A model generated the notes under the pieces. It worked only from the letters and a program-made list of their open reading frames with translations, was not told where the DNA came from and did no database searches. Positions 18,364 to 28,277 of a DNA stretch of 64,000 bases are shown here, one piece after another (positions within the stretch are counted from its first letter, which is position 1; the number at the start of each line of letters is the position of its first letter). The stretch lies in contig OZ245046.1 in the NCBI GenBank assembly GCA_965224245.1, positions 1,248,001 to 1,312,000 on the forward strand, in the 5' to 3' direction. The DNA comes from Candidatus Eiseniibacteriota bacterium (lineage in GTDB: Bacteria; Eisenbacteria; RBG-16-71-46; CAZAMP01). Both the position numbers and the translations under genes were made by a program.

Positions 18364-19504
18364 CGACGCGCCCCGCTCGATCGTCGTCATGAGCTACCGC
18401 GACATGAAGCACCCGGAAGCGGGCGGCGCCGAGGTCATCATGTACGAGGTGTTCCGCCGGCTCCGATCACGTGGCCACCGGATCCTCTTCATCACCGGGG
18501 GCTTCCGGGGCGGCGCGGCCCGCGAGGACGTCGGCGGGCTGGAGACGCATCGCGTCGGGAACACGTACACGTTCAACATCGCCGGTCCCCGACATCTTCG
18601 CCGGCTGGCGGCCGCCGAGTCGTTCGACGTGGTGGTCGAGGACATCAACAAGATCCCGTTCTTCACGCCGCGCTGGGTACCCTCCCTGCCAACCGTGGGC
18701 GTGGTGCCACACCTGTTCGGCACCACGGTCTACGAGCAGGCGTCGTGGCCCATCGCCACCTACGTGTACCTGCACGAGAAGCTGATCCCCTCCGTCTACC
18801 GTGAGTGCCGGTTCTCCGTCCTGTCGGGAACGACGCGCGACGATCTGATCGCACGCGGCATCCCTCCCGAGCGCATCCACGTCATCCACGCCGGGATCGA
18901 CCTCGACGCGTATCCGCTTCGATCGGCCACCTTCGAGCCGCCGGGGCCGGTGATCACGTATCTCGGCCGGGTCAAGCGCTACAAGGGCATCGACCTTCCG
19001 ATGCGCGCGCTGCCCGCGCTCCGGCGGCGCATCGCAGACGTCCGGTACCGGATCGTTGGCGAGGGCGATCATCTGTCCGAGCTGGAGCGGCTGGCCGGTG
19101 AGCTCGGGGTCCGGGACGCGGTCGATCTCGTCGGCTTCAAGGAGGGAGCCGACAAGATCGACGAGCTCGCGCGCACGCGCGTCCTCACCTACACGTCACC
19201 GAAGGAAGGGTGGGGGCTGAGCGTGATCGAGGCCGGCGCGGTCGGCGTGCCGTCGATCGCCTCGGATTCCCCGGGATTGCGGGAGTCGGTGCGCCACCGG
19301 GAGACGGGCCTTCTCGTGCCGCACGGCGACGTTGCAGCACTGACCGAAGCCCTCGAACACCTCCTGACCGACGACGACACCTGGCGCCGCATGGCCCGCG
19401 CGGCCCGTGGCTGGGCCGAGACGTTCTCCTGGGATCGGATGGCCGATCAGACGCTCGAGCTGATCGACCGCGTCGTCGACGAGCGCCGCGTGGCGGCGAG
19501 GTAA
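18356..19504 (+). CDS. Glycosyltransferase family 4
   Basis: HPEAGGAE, YLGRVKRYKG, KEGWGLSVIEA, SDSPGLRESV. Confidence 0.92.
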   Translation: MADDAPRSIVVMSYRDMKHPEAGGAEVIMYEVFRRLRSRGHRILFITGGFRGGAAREDVGGLETHRVGNTYTFNIAGPRHLRRLAAAESFDVVVEDINKIPFFTPRWVPSLPTVGVVPHLFGTTVYEQASWPIATYVYLHEKLIPSVYRECRFSVLSGTTRDDLIARGIPPERIHVIHAGIDLDAYPLRSATFEPPGPVITYLGRVKRYKGIDLPMRALPALRRRIADVRYRIVGEGDHLSELERLAGELGVRDAVDLVGFKEGADKIDELARTRVLTYTSPKEGWGLSVIEAGAVGVPSIASDSPGLRESVRHRETGLLVPHGDVAALTEALEHLLTDDDTWRRMARAARGWAETFSWDRMADQTLELIDRVVDERRVAAR

Positions 19505-19508
19505 CGCG

Positions 19509-20585
19509 ATGCAGGTCGGGGAACCCGAGAGCGCCGGTGCTCCCGCTTCGGGGTCGCGGTCGGTGCGATCGGGAGTCACGCTCGCGGCGAAGATCCTGGT
19601 CAGCGTCGCGCTGCTCGCGTTTCTGGCCACCCGGGTGGATCTCGCGGCGACCGGCCGCGCGATCGTGCGGTCCCACGTCCCGACGCTCGGGATCGCGCTC
19701 GCCCTCTTCGTGGGGTCCAACGTGCTCGGGGCCGTGCAATGGGCGACGCTGCTTCGTGCCTCGGGGCTGTCGATCTCGCTGACGCGGGTGACGGCGTACT
19801 ACTTCCAGGGCTCGTTCTTCGGGCTGTTCCTGCCCGCCAGCGTCGGCGCCGACGTGAGCCGCGTCTACGACACGACGCGCCACACCGGGCGGCTCGGCGG
19901 CGCGGTGGCGGCGACCGTGATGGACCGGCTGGTCGGGTTCTACTCGATCAGCATGTTCGCGATCGTCGCCGTCGTGCTGGGCGGACGCGAGCAGCGACCA
20001 CCGCTCGCGATCCTCGTGCCGATCGTCGTCTTCGCGGGCGTGAACCTCGTGGTGTGCCTCTCGCTTTTCTCGACCCGGGTCAGCGCGTTTCTGGTCCGCT
20101 GGGCGGGACGTCTTCCGGATCGTCCGCGGACGGTCGCCACCGGCCTCGTCGAGGCGCTTCACGGGCTGGGACGGCGCCCCGGGCTCCTCCTCGGGGTGAT
20201 CGGACTGTCGATCCTGGTGCAGGTTCTGCGCGTCACCGTTCACTACCACGTGGCGGCGGCGATGGGGATCTCGTTGCCGCTGCGCGAGTTTTTCGTGATC
20301 ATCCCCGTCCTGGCCGTTCTCGTGGCGCTTCCGATCTCGTTCGGCGGGATCGGCGTCCGGGAGTCGGCAGCCGTACAGCTCTTCGGACACGTCGGGCTGC
20401 CCGCGACGGACGCGGTGGCGATGCAGGTCACGGCGTTCGCGCTGTCGATTCTCGCGAGTCTCCCCGGATGGTTCGTCTTCGTGGCCAGGCAGGTTCGTTA
20501 CCGACGCATCGGCGGCCGCGGAGCCCGGGCGGCCGGGATCCGGGCGACCGACGGATCGGTCACCGAGCCGGGGGAGATGGGATGA
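19509..20585 (+). CDS. Lysylphosphatidylglycerol-synthase TM domain / flippase-like membrane protein
   Basis: Multiple TM helices; FLPASVGAD..R, MDRLVG, LPISFGGIGVRE. Confidence 0.85.
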   Translation: MQVGEPESAGAPASGSRSVRSGVTLAAKILVSVALLAFLATRVDLAATGRAIVRSHVPTLGIALALFVGSNVLGAVQWATLLRASGLSISLTRVTAYYFQGSFFGLFLPASVGADVSRVYDTTRHTGRLGGAVAATVMDRLVGFYSISMFAIVAVVLGGREQRPPLAILVPIVVFAGVNLVVCLSLFSTRVSAFLVRWAGRLPDRPRTVATGLVEALHGLGRRPGLLLGVIGLSILVQVLRVTVHYHVAAAMGISLPLREFFVIIPVLAVLVALPISFGGIGVRESAAVQLFGHVGLPATDAVAMQVTAFALSILASLPGWFVFVARQVRYRRIGGRGARAAGIRATDGSVTEPGEMG

Positions 20586-23311
20586 GGATCGAAGCCTCCG
20601 AGACGCCCGAGCCCGAGCGCACCCGCATACGCTGGGAAGAGCCGCTGGACGTGGCGCTCGCGATCGTGACCGCGCTGGCGGCGCTCGTCGTGTACGTGCT
20701 CACGCTGACGCCCACCGTGCCGTTCTGGGACGGTGGGGAGTTCATCGCGACGTCGTACATCCTCGGGATTCCGCACCCGCCGGGTACGCCGCTCTACGTG
20801 CTCCTCGGACGCTGCTTGAGCCTTCTCCCCCTGGGTGGCTTGAACGTCGCGCAGAAGGTGAACCTGCTCAGCGCGATTCCGTCGGCGATCGCGGTGGGCC
20901 TCACGTACCTCGTGACCGCGCGGATCGCCGCGAACGCCGGTCCCCCGTTCGGTCGCGACCGGACGTGGCCGCGCCGACCGGACCTGATCGGTCGAGTCGG
21001 CGCGTTCATCGGGGCGCTGGTCATGGCGTTCTCGGACACGTTCTGGGTCAACGCGATCGAGGCCGAGGTGTACGCGCTCTCATCGATGGTGATGGTGGCC
21101 ACGGTGTATCTGATCCTGAAGTGGCGTGACCTCCGCCACCAGGGTGGTGAGGACGCCGCGCACGCGAACGACGTCGTGGTCGTGGTGTTCTACATGCTCG
21201 CGCTCTCGATCGCGTTCCACATGGGCGTGTTCATCGTGTTCCTGCCCCTCGTCCTGTATTTCCTGTCGGACTACTACGACTCCTTGAAGGAGCCTCGCTT
21301 CGTCGCCACGGCGATCACGCTGGTCGTGATGTCGTTCTTTCTCGGGTTCGACAGCGAGCGTCTGGTTCTGGGGGCCGCGTTCATCGGTGCACTGCTCGTC
21401 CTGAACGTGCACCTGATCGGACGGGCGAACCTCGCGACCCTGGGGGTGTCCGTCGGAGCTCTGGTGCTGGGAGTCCTGATCGCACGGTCGGGGGGCGGGG
21501 CGTTCGGGCTGGGCGTGGTGGCGGTGCTCGTGGCCGCCGTGCTCGGCGTCGCCCGGGGCACGCTGGTCCGCCGGAATCTGATGTTCTGGATCCTGGCCAT
21601 GTTCGTGCTCGGGCTCAGCGTTCACCTGTTCCTGTTGATCCGGGCGGGTCTGGATCCGGCCATCAACGAGGGTGATCCCTCCACGCTGAAGAACTTCTGG
21701 CTCGTGCTGAGCCGCGACCAGTACAAGCCGGCGCCACCGTGGGAGCTCCGGGCCACCTGGGCCAACAAGCTCGATACGCACTTCTGGCGGTACTGGAGCC
21801 GCCAGTACGTGACCGGGGTCCCGATCCTGTGGGCGTTGCCGTTCGTGGTGGGTGCGCTGGGCGGGGCGGTCAATCTCCTGCGGGCCCGCCGAAGCGGACT
21901 CCTGATGGCGTTCATCATCCTGGTCACGTCGCTCGGGCTCGTGTGGCACCTGAACTTCCAGGACCAAGAGGTGCGCGACCGCGACTACTTCTTCGTGTCC
22001 CTGTTCCACTTCTTCGCGGTGTGGATCGGGCTGGGCATGGCGGGCCTGTTGTACCTGGTCGGCGAAGCGGTGCCCGGTCGGCGGGCGCGTGCGGCGGCGA
22101 TGGGGGCCGTCGCGCTCGCGCTGGTGGGCCATCCGATCGCGCAGCTCGAGGCCGGCTGGTTCGAGCACGACCGCAGCCGGTTCTACGTCGCCCGCGACTA
22201 CGCGTACAACATCCTGGAGCCGCTGGAGCGGGACGCCATTCTGTTCACGAACGGGGACAACGACACGTTTCCGCTCTGGTACCTGCAGGAGGTCGAGGGC
22301 ATCCGGCGAGACGTACGGGTGGCCAACCTGAGTCTCCTCAGCACGTCCTGGTACATCGAGCAGCTCCGCGACACCGAGCCCCGCGTTCCGATCGCCTGGG
22401 ACGACGCCACCATCGAGTCGCTCTACCCGTACATCGATCCCGATGGCCAGCTCGTCTCGGTCCGGGATCTGGCCGTGGTGCACATCCTCTCCCAGAACCG
22501 CTGGCGGCGACCGGTGTACTTCGCGGTGACGGTCCCGAACGACGGGCTCCTGGGCCTGGACACGCGGAGCCAGCTCGTGATGGAGGGCATGGTCTGGCGC
22601 GTGGTGCCCGAGCCCGTCGCGCTGGACGTGGACGAGGAGCGGCTCCGGAACAACCTGGAGAACGTCTTTCTCTGGCGCGGGCTCCTGGACGAGCACGGCG
22701 ATCTCGACAAAAGCATCTATCGTGACGAAAACACGATGAAGCTCTCGCAGAACTACGCGGTGGCGTACATGCAGCTCGGCCGAGCGGTCGAGGCGCGGGC
22801 CCGGAAGGCTCTAACAGATGGTGATGAAGCGACTTACGACGATCTGACGCGTGAGGAGATCGATCTCCTGGAGCGCGCGGCGGTGTTCCAGCCGGGCTTC
22901 TCGTACGCCGCGGTGCTCCGGGCGTCGCTCCTGCGGACCATCGGGGATCTGCCCGCCGCCGAGGCGGCGTTCACCGAGATCCTGGCCGGCCTGCAGGATC
23001 CCGAGGACCCCTCCGATCGGCGTTTTCTGCCGGAGCTCCACTATCACCGCGGTGAGGTCCGGTACGATCTGGGCCGCTACGCGGACGCACTCGTGGACTA
23101 CGACGTGTTCGCCAGGGCGAACCCGGGCGACTGGGTCGCCTCGGAGGCCGAGATACGCACGCTCGCCGTCATGGGGCGGATGGGGGCGGCCCGCGAGCGC
23201 CTCGAGAGCTGGCTCGCCGGGCACCCCAACCACCAGCTGGCGAGGGACATGCAGGCCCTGCTGGAAGAGGGTGCGTATCGGGCCGACTCGTCGAGCGCAC
23301 CGGAGGAGTAA
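20582..23311 (+). CDS. DUF2723 (TMEM260-like GT-C) membrane protein with C-terminal TPRs
   Basis: TL.PTVPFWDGGEFI..S..LGIPHPPGTPLY, FW.NAIEAEVY, EVRDRDYFF, LFTNGDNDTFPLWYLQEVEG.R.DV; many TM segments; TPR-like C-terminus. Confidence 0.9.
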   Translation: MRIEASETPEPERTRIRWEEPLDVALAIVTALAALVVYVLTLTPTVPFWDGGEFIATSYILGIPHPPGTPLYVLLGRCLSLLPLGGLNVAQKVNLLSAIPSAIAVGLTYLVTARIAANAGPPFGRDRTWPRRPDLIGRVGAFIGALVMAFSDTFWVNAIEAEVYALSSMVMVATVYLILKWRDLRHQGGEDAAHANDVVVVVFYMLALSIAFHMGVFIVFLPLVLYFLSDYYDSLKEPRFVATAITLVVMSFFLGFDSERLVLGAAFIGALLVLNVHLIGRANLATLGVSVGALVLGVLIARSGGGAFGLGVVAVLVAAVLGVARGTLVRRNLMFWILAMFVLGLSVHLFLLIRAGLDPAINEGDPSTLKNFWLVLSRDQYKPAPPWELRATWANKLDTHFWRYWSRQYVTGVPILWALPFVVGALGGAVNLLRARRSGLLMAFIILVTSLGLVWHLNFQDQEVRDRDYFFVSLFHFFAVWIGLGMAGLLYLVGEAVPGRRARAAAMGAVALALVGHPIAQLEAGWFEHDRSRFYVARDYAYNILEPLERDAILFTNGDNDTFPLWYLQEVEGIRRDVRVANLSLLSTSWYIEQLRDTEPRVPIAWDDATIESLYPYIDPDGQLVSVRDLAVVHILSQNRWRRPVYFAVTVPNDGLLGLDTRSQLVMEGMVWRVVPEPVALDVDEERLRNNLENVFLWRGLLDEHGDLDKSIYRDENTMKLSQNYAVAYMQLGRAVEARARKALTDGDEATYDDLTREEIDLLERAAVFQPGFSYAAVLRASLLRTIGDLPAAEAAFTEILAGLQDPEDPSDRRFLPELHYHRGEVRYDLGRYADALVDYDVFARANPGDWVASEAEIRTLAVMGRMGAARERLESWLAGHPNHQLARDMQALLEEGAYRADSSSAPEE

Positions 23312-23317
23312 CCGATC

Positions 23318-24352
23318 GTGGGCAACGTGACGAACCGATCGCCGCACGGCGACGCGCCGCACGACGACGCGCCGCACGAGCGGATACCGCGTGGACGGGG
23401 CCGGGCGCTCGTGACGGGCGCGGCCGGCTTCATCGGCTCGCATCTGTGTGACGCGCTCCTCGAGGACGGATGGACCGTCAGGGGCGTGGATTCGCTCTCG
23501 CCGTTCAACGGCGCCGATCGCAAGCGATGGAACATGGCGCTGCTCGGGCGCCACGAGCGCTTCGAGGGCATCGAGGCCGATCTCCTCCACGTGCCGCTGG
23601 AGCCGCTGGTCGACGGAATGGACGCCGTGTTTCACCTGGCGGCACTCCCGGGGGTCCGCTCGTCGTGGGGAGACGCGTTCCGCGAGTACTCCGCGACGAA
23701 CGTCGAGCTGACCGCACGGCTGCTCGAGACGTGCCGCACGCTCGAGACGCCGCGGTTCGTGTACGCGTCGTCGTCGTCGGTCTACGGGGATGCGGAGTCG
23801 TTTCCGGTCTCCGAGGACGCGCCGACGCGACCGATCTCGCCGTACGGGGTCACGAAGCTGGCCGGCGAGCACCTCGTGCGGCTCTACGCGCGGAACTTCG
23901 GACTCTTCACCGCGTCTCTGCGGTTCTTCACCGTGTACGGACCGCGGCAACGGCCGGACATGGCGTTCTATCGCTTCATCCGGAGCTCCCTGACCGGGGG
24001 CGTCTCGCACGTGTTCGGCGACGGCCTGCAGACGCGGGACTTCACGTACGTGTCCGATGCGGTCCAGTCCTGCGTTCGCGCGCTGGAGGCGCCCCGGGCC
24101 GGCGCCGTGTACAACGTCGGCGGCGGCAGCCGCGTCACGCTGCGTGAGGTACTCGAGATCATCGGCCGGGAGACCGGTCGAGAGGGTCGATTCGAGTTCG
24201 GGCCCACCGAGGCCGGCGATCCGAAGCACACGGGCGCGGATACCTCGCGCGCGCGGCGCGAGATCGGCTACGATCCCCGCGTTTCGCTTGCGGACGGCCT
24301 CGCCTCTCAGGTGGCCTGGATGAAGGACGAGCTCGCCAAGGAGCACGTGTGA
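23318..24352 (+). CDS. NAD-dependent epimerase/dehydratase (UDP-glucuronate 4-epimerase-like)
   Basis: VTGAAGFIGS, HLAALPGVR, YASSSSVYG, PYGVTK, RFFTVYGPRQRPDMA; start codon uncertain. Confidence 0.9.
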   Translation: MGNVTNRSPHGDAPHDDAPHERIPRGRGRALVTGAAGFIGSHLCDALLEDGWTVRGVDSLSPFNGADRKRWNMALLGRHERFEGIEADLLHVPLEPLVDGMDAVFHLAALPGVRSSWGDAFREYSATNVELTARLLETCRTLETPRFVYASSSSVYGDAESFPVSEDAPTRPISPYGVTKLAGEHLVRLYARNFGLFTASLRFFTVYGPRQRPDMAFYRFIRSSLTGGVSHVFGDGLQTRDFTYVSDAVQSCVRALEAPRAGAVYNVGGGSRVTLREVLEIIGRETGREGRFEFGPTEAGDPKHTGADTSRARREIGYDPRVSLADGLASQVAWMKDELAKEHV

Positions 24353-25314
24353 TCGATCAGGAGCGGGGACAGGACACGCTCGCGCCCCCGGTGGGCAAAT
24401 GCGACGTGTCGGTCGTCGTACCCTTGTTCGACGAAGCCGAGTCGTTGGAGCCGCTGTTCGCCGCCATCCGGGCGGCGCTCGAGCCGCGCGCGTTCGAGGT
24501 CGTCTTCGTCGACGACGGCAGCCGCGACCGGTCGCTGGCGACGCTCGAAGCGCTGGCGGAGACGGATCCGCGCGTGCGCGTGGTCAGCTTCCGGCGAAAC
24601 TACGGGAAGTCGGCCGCCCTGGCCGTCGGCTTCGACCGGGCGCGCGGTGACGTGATCGCGACCTGCGACGCCGACCTCCAGGACGACCCCGCCGAGATCC
24701 CCGCCATGATCGATCTGCTCGACGAGCGCACCGATCTCGTCTCGGGCTGGAAGAAGGACCGCCGCGATCCCTGGACCAAGCGACTGCCCTCGAAGGTCTT
24801 CAACCTCGTGCTGCGCCGGTGGGGCGGCGTGGATCTGCACGACATGAACTGCGGTCTGAAGGTGTACCGGCGCGCGGTCGTGCGCGACCTTCCGGTGTAC
24901 GGGGAGATGCACCGGTTCCTGCCGCTGCTGGCGGCTCGACAGGGCTTCGGCGTGCGAGAGAAGGTGGTCCGCCACGAGCCGCGCCGCTTCGGCGAGAGCA
25001 AGTTCGGCCCGTCGCGCTTCCTGAACGGCGCCCTCGACTTCGTCAGCGTGATGTTCCTGACGCGCGCCTACGAGAAGCCGCTTCACGTCTTCGGCCGGGT
25101 CGCGATCGTGCTCCTGACGATCGGAATGCTGATCAACGTCTGGATGTTCGCGATCTGGCTCATCGACGGCGCGCTTCGGTCGCGTCCGCTCCTGATTCTG
25201 GGGATGGTGCTCGTCGTGCTCGGCATCCAGTTCGTGTCCATCGGGCTCCTGGGAGAGATGCTGGCGTTTCAGCACCGACATCGCGACTACGGAATCAAGC
25301 GGGAGATCCGCTGA
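24349..25314 (+). CDS. GT2 polyprenyl-phosphate glycosyltransferase (ArnC/GtrB-like)
   Basis: VDDGSRD, RNYGKSAAL, DADLQDDP, DMNCGLK, GEMHRF; two C-terminal TM helices. Confidence 0.9.
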   Translation: MIDQERGQDTLAPPVGKCDVSVVVPLFDEAESLEPLFAAIRAALEPRAFEVVFVDDGSRDRSLATLEALAETDPRVRVVSFRRNYGKSAALAVGFDRARGDVIATCDADLQDDPAEIPAMIDLLDERTDLVSGWKKDRRDPWTKRLPSKVFNLVLRRWGGVDLHDMNCGLKVYRRAVVRDLPVYGEMHRFLPLLAARQGFGVREKVVRHEPRRFGESKFGPSRFLNGALDFVSVMFLTRAYEKPLHVFGRVAIVLLTIGMLINVWMFAIWLIDGALRSRPLLILGMVLVVLGIQFVSIGLLGEMLAFQHRHRDYGIKREIR

Positions 25315-26073
25315 GTGACCACGCCCCCGCCGGGCACCCGGGCGCGCCGCCGCGCCCTGGTCATCGTGCCGACGTACAACGAGGCGGACAACGTGGGAGA
25401 GCTTCTACCCGCGATCCTGGCTCAGGCCCAGACGGACGTGGACGTCCACGCGTTGATCGTCGACGACTCCTCGCCCGACGGCACCGCGGACCTCGTCGAG
25501 CGTCAGGCGGCCGGCGACGATCGCATCCGGCTCCTCACGCGGCCCGCGAAGCTCGGGCTAGGCACGGCGTACATCGCCGGCTTTCGCTATGCGCTCGAGC
25601 ACGACTACGACTTCGTCTTCGAGATGGACGCCGACTTCTCGCACGATCCGTCGGCGATCCCGGCGTTCCTGACCGCGATTCAGAACGCCGACGTCGTACT
25701 GGGATCGCGATACCTCACCGGCGTCACGGTTGTGAACTGGCCGCTGCGACGACTCGTCCTGAGCTACGGAGCCAATGCGTACACGCGGCTGATCACCGGG
25801 ATGCCGATCAACGACGCCACCGGCGGCTTCAAGTGCTTCCGCCGTGAGGCCCTGGCCGCGCTCGATCTGGACGCGATCCGCTCGAACGGATACTCCTTCC
25901 AGATCGAGGTGAGCTTCCTGCTGTGGAAGAAGGGCTTTCGAATCGTCGAGATTCCGATCGTCTTCGAGGACCGGCGCGTCGGCGTCTCGAAGATGAACCG
26001 GCGGATCATCTGGGAGGCGGTGTGGACGGTCTGGAGGCTTCGCCTGGCCGGCTTCTCGGGGGCGAGCCGATGA
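25315..26073 (+). CDS. Polyprenol monophosphomannose synthase (Ppm1/DPM1-like GT2)
   Basis: VPTYNEADN, VDDSSPDGT, KLGLGTAYIAGF, EMDADFSHDP, DATGGFKCFRR, SNGYSFQIE, F.DRR.G.SKM. Confidence 0.9.
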   Translation: MTTPPPGTRARRRALVIVPTYNEADNVGELLPAILAQAQTDVDVHALIVDDSSPDGTADLVERQAAGDDRIRLLTRPAKLGLGTAYIAGFRYALEHDYDFVFEMDADFSHDPSAIPAFLTAIQNADVVLGSRYLTGVTVVNWPLRRLVLSYGANAYTRLITGMPINDATGGFKCFRREALAALDLDAIRSNGYSFQIEVSFLLWKKGFRIVEIPIVFEDRRVGVSKMNRRIIWEAVWTVWRLRLAGFSGASR

Positions 26074-28277
26074 GCACGGCCACGTCGCACGAGCGCACGC
26101 CCACGATCGATCGCGTCTCTGCGGTCATCGTGCACTACCGGACACCCGATCTCCTGCGGAACTGCCTCGCGTCCCTGGAGCCGTACGCGTCTCGGGGGAT
26201 GGAGGTCGTCGTGGTCGACAACGATTCCGGCGACCGCTTCCCCGACTTCGTGGCCGACGAGTACCCGGACGTGCATCTCCTGCCCATGACCGACAACGTC
26301 GGCTACTCCAGAGGCGTCAACGCCGGCATGGACGCGGCCGGCGGCGAGTTTCTCCTCATCCTCAACCCGGACATCGTGCTGATCCCCGGTGCGGTCGAGG
26401 CGCTGCTGACCGCGGCCGCCGCGCATCCCGACGCGGGCGTCGTGGCGCCGAAGCTCCTGAACCCCGACGGCACGCTCCAGTACTCGTGCCGTCGCTTCTA
26501 CGACTTCGAGACGTTCGTGTACCGGCGCACGCCGCTCGGCCGGCTGCGGCCGAACGCGCCGGTTCTCCGCCGACACATGATGCTCGACTACGACCACGAG
26601 ACGCCTCGGGTCGTGGACTGGGTGCTGGGCGGGGCGATGCTGGTGCGCCGCGCCGCGGTGGAGGACGTGGGCGGGATGGACGAGCGCTTCTTTCTGTACT
26701 TCGAGGACGTCGACTGGTGCTACCGCATGCACCGGCGCGGCTGGCGCGTGCTCTACGATCCGGCGGCCGCGATGTATCACAACCATCGCCGCGACAGCGC
26801 GAAGAAGCCCCTCGGGAAGAGCTTCTTCTCGCACTTGATGTCGGTCGTCCGCTTCTACGAGAAGTGGAGCCTCGTGCTGTACCTGTTCAAGACCCAGCGC
26901 GAGGACATCGGACGTCTGCTCCGACTCGTGTTCGACGTGGTGGCGATCAACCTCGCATTCGTCTGCGCCTACGCGATCCGGAAGGGCCTGGGCGACATCC
27001 TGGAGAAGCCGGTGTTCGGAGTGGCCGAGTACCAGCCGTTCTGGCTCTTCGGCAATCTCCTGGCACTGGTCGTGTTCTACATGCTGGGCTTCTACCGGCG
27101 CGAGCCTCGCGGACAGGACTGGGTGGATCGGCTGTTCACCGTGGGGCGGGGCGCGGCCATCGTCACGATCATCATGATGGCCACGACGTTTCTCGTCCAG
27201 GCGCGCTCGTACTCGCGCGCGATGCTGATGGTCGTCTGGCCGCTGGCCACGACGTTCCTGGTTCTCGGGCGCCAGGCGGTGGCGGCGTTCGCGTCGTCGA
27301 TGCGGGATCAGCGGCTGGACCTGCCCAGGGTCGCGATCGCGGGACGCGCCGACCGCGTGGCCGAGGTCCGGCAGGAGTATCGGCGCGAGACCGACCTGGC
27401 CTTCGAGCCGCTGTACTTCCCCGACTTCGAGCTCGGTCGCGCCCGCGACGAGGTGCCCCCGGACGACCTCCTGGATCGCTTCATCGAGATCGTCCGCTTC
27501 GAGCGGATCGCGAGCGTCCAGTTCGTGACGCCGGGGGAGGACGCCGCCCTCCTGACCGAGCTCGTGCCCCGGCTGGCGCGGGCCGGGGTGGGGGTGCGGA
27601 TCCTCCCGGAGTACGCGGCGGTGCTCAATCCGGACGCCCGGGTCGAGGACGTTGCTGGAACCTGGACGCTGTCGCTGGGCACGCGGACCCGGTGGCGGGC
27701 CGCCAGCGCGGGCAAGCGCCTGGTCGACGTGGCCGCATCGTCGGTTCTGATCGCGATCGGAGCCCCCGCCAACGCGTTCTTCGTCGCGCTCCGCTGGCTC
27801 CGCGGCATCCGCCCGATCTTCAGCGTCGAGGAGCGCGTGGCCGCGGCTGGCCAGCGCGTCACCTATCGCATGTACACGCCGAGGCCGCGCCAGAATATCT
27901 TGGCGGTCGTCCTGTTTGATCACTATCCTCGTCTCTTCGCGGTCTGGCGGGGAACCTTCAGCCTCGTTGGCGTTTATCCCTTTCGTCCCGAGGAGTTCCG
28001 GGCGCTGCCGCCGGCGCTTCGATCCCTCACGCTCGAGGCGCGGCCGGGCCTCACGGGGCTGTGGTGGTTTCATCGCGGCTCGGAGCCGGGCCTGGAACGC
28101 CTTCGCGGGCTCGACGTGGAGTACGTGCAAAAGTGGTCGACCGGCTTCGATCTCAAGACGTTTCTGAGAGCGCTCACCGCGCTGATCCGCTCCCGCGGTC
28201 ACATGCCCGATCACGATCGCCCCGCCCCGGTCGGGTCGGCGCCCGGCGGGCTTCACCAGGCCGGCACGCGACGCTGA
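26070..28277 (+). CDS. Fusion of a WbbL-like GT2, a TM region and a degenerate Bac_transf (phosphoglycosyl transferase) domain
   Basis: VDNDSGD, NVGYSRGVN, LNPD, DWVLGGAMLVRR, DERFFLYFEDVDWC; about 4 TM helices; KRLVD..GTFSLVG..RPGLTGLW..D.EYVQKWS.GFDLK. Confidence 0.85.
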   Translation: MSTATSHERTPTIDRVSAVIVHYRTPDLLRNCLASLEPYASRGMEVVVVDNDSGDRFPDFVADEYPDVHLLPMTDNVGYSRGVNAGMDAAGGEFLLILNPDIVLIPGAVEALLTAAAAHPDAGVVAPKLLNPDGTLQYSCRRFYDFETFVYRRTPLGRLRPNAPVLRRHMMLDYDHETPRVVDWVLGGAMLVRRAAVEDVGGMDERFFLYFEDVDWCYRMHRRGWRVLYDPAAAMYHNHRRDSAKKPLGKSFFSHLMSVVRFYEKWSLVLYLFKTQREDIGRLLRLVFDVVAINLAFVCAYAIRKGLGDILEKPVFGVAEYQPFWLFGNLLALVVFYMLGFYRREPRGQDWVDRLFTVGRGAAIVTIIMMATTFLVQARSYSRAMLMVVWPLATTFLVLGRQAVAAFASSMRDQRLDLPRVAIAGRADRVAEVRQEYRRETDLAFEPLYFPDFELGRARDEVPPDDLLDRFIEIVRFERIASVQFVTPGEDAALLTELVPRLARAGVGVRILPEYAAVLNPDARVEDVAGTWTLSLGTRTRWRAASAGKRLVDVAASSVLIAIGAPANAFFVALRWLRGIRPIFSVEERVAAAGQRVTYRMYTPRPRQNILAVVLFDHYPRLFAVWRGTFSLVGVYPFRPEEFRALPPALRSLTLEARPGLTGLWWFHRGSEPGLERLRGLDVEYVQKWSTGFDLKTFLRALTALIRSRGHMPDHDRPAPVGSAPGGLHQAGTRR

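Noticed and set aside
23340-23379. 15-bp mini-repeat (HGDAP-HDDAP-HE) at the epimerase N-terminus
   Set aside because: A short in-frame slippage duplication in a non-conserved leader, with no sign of function.
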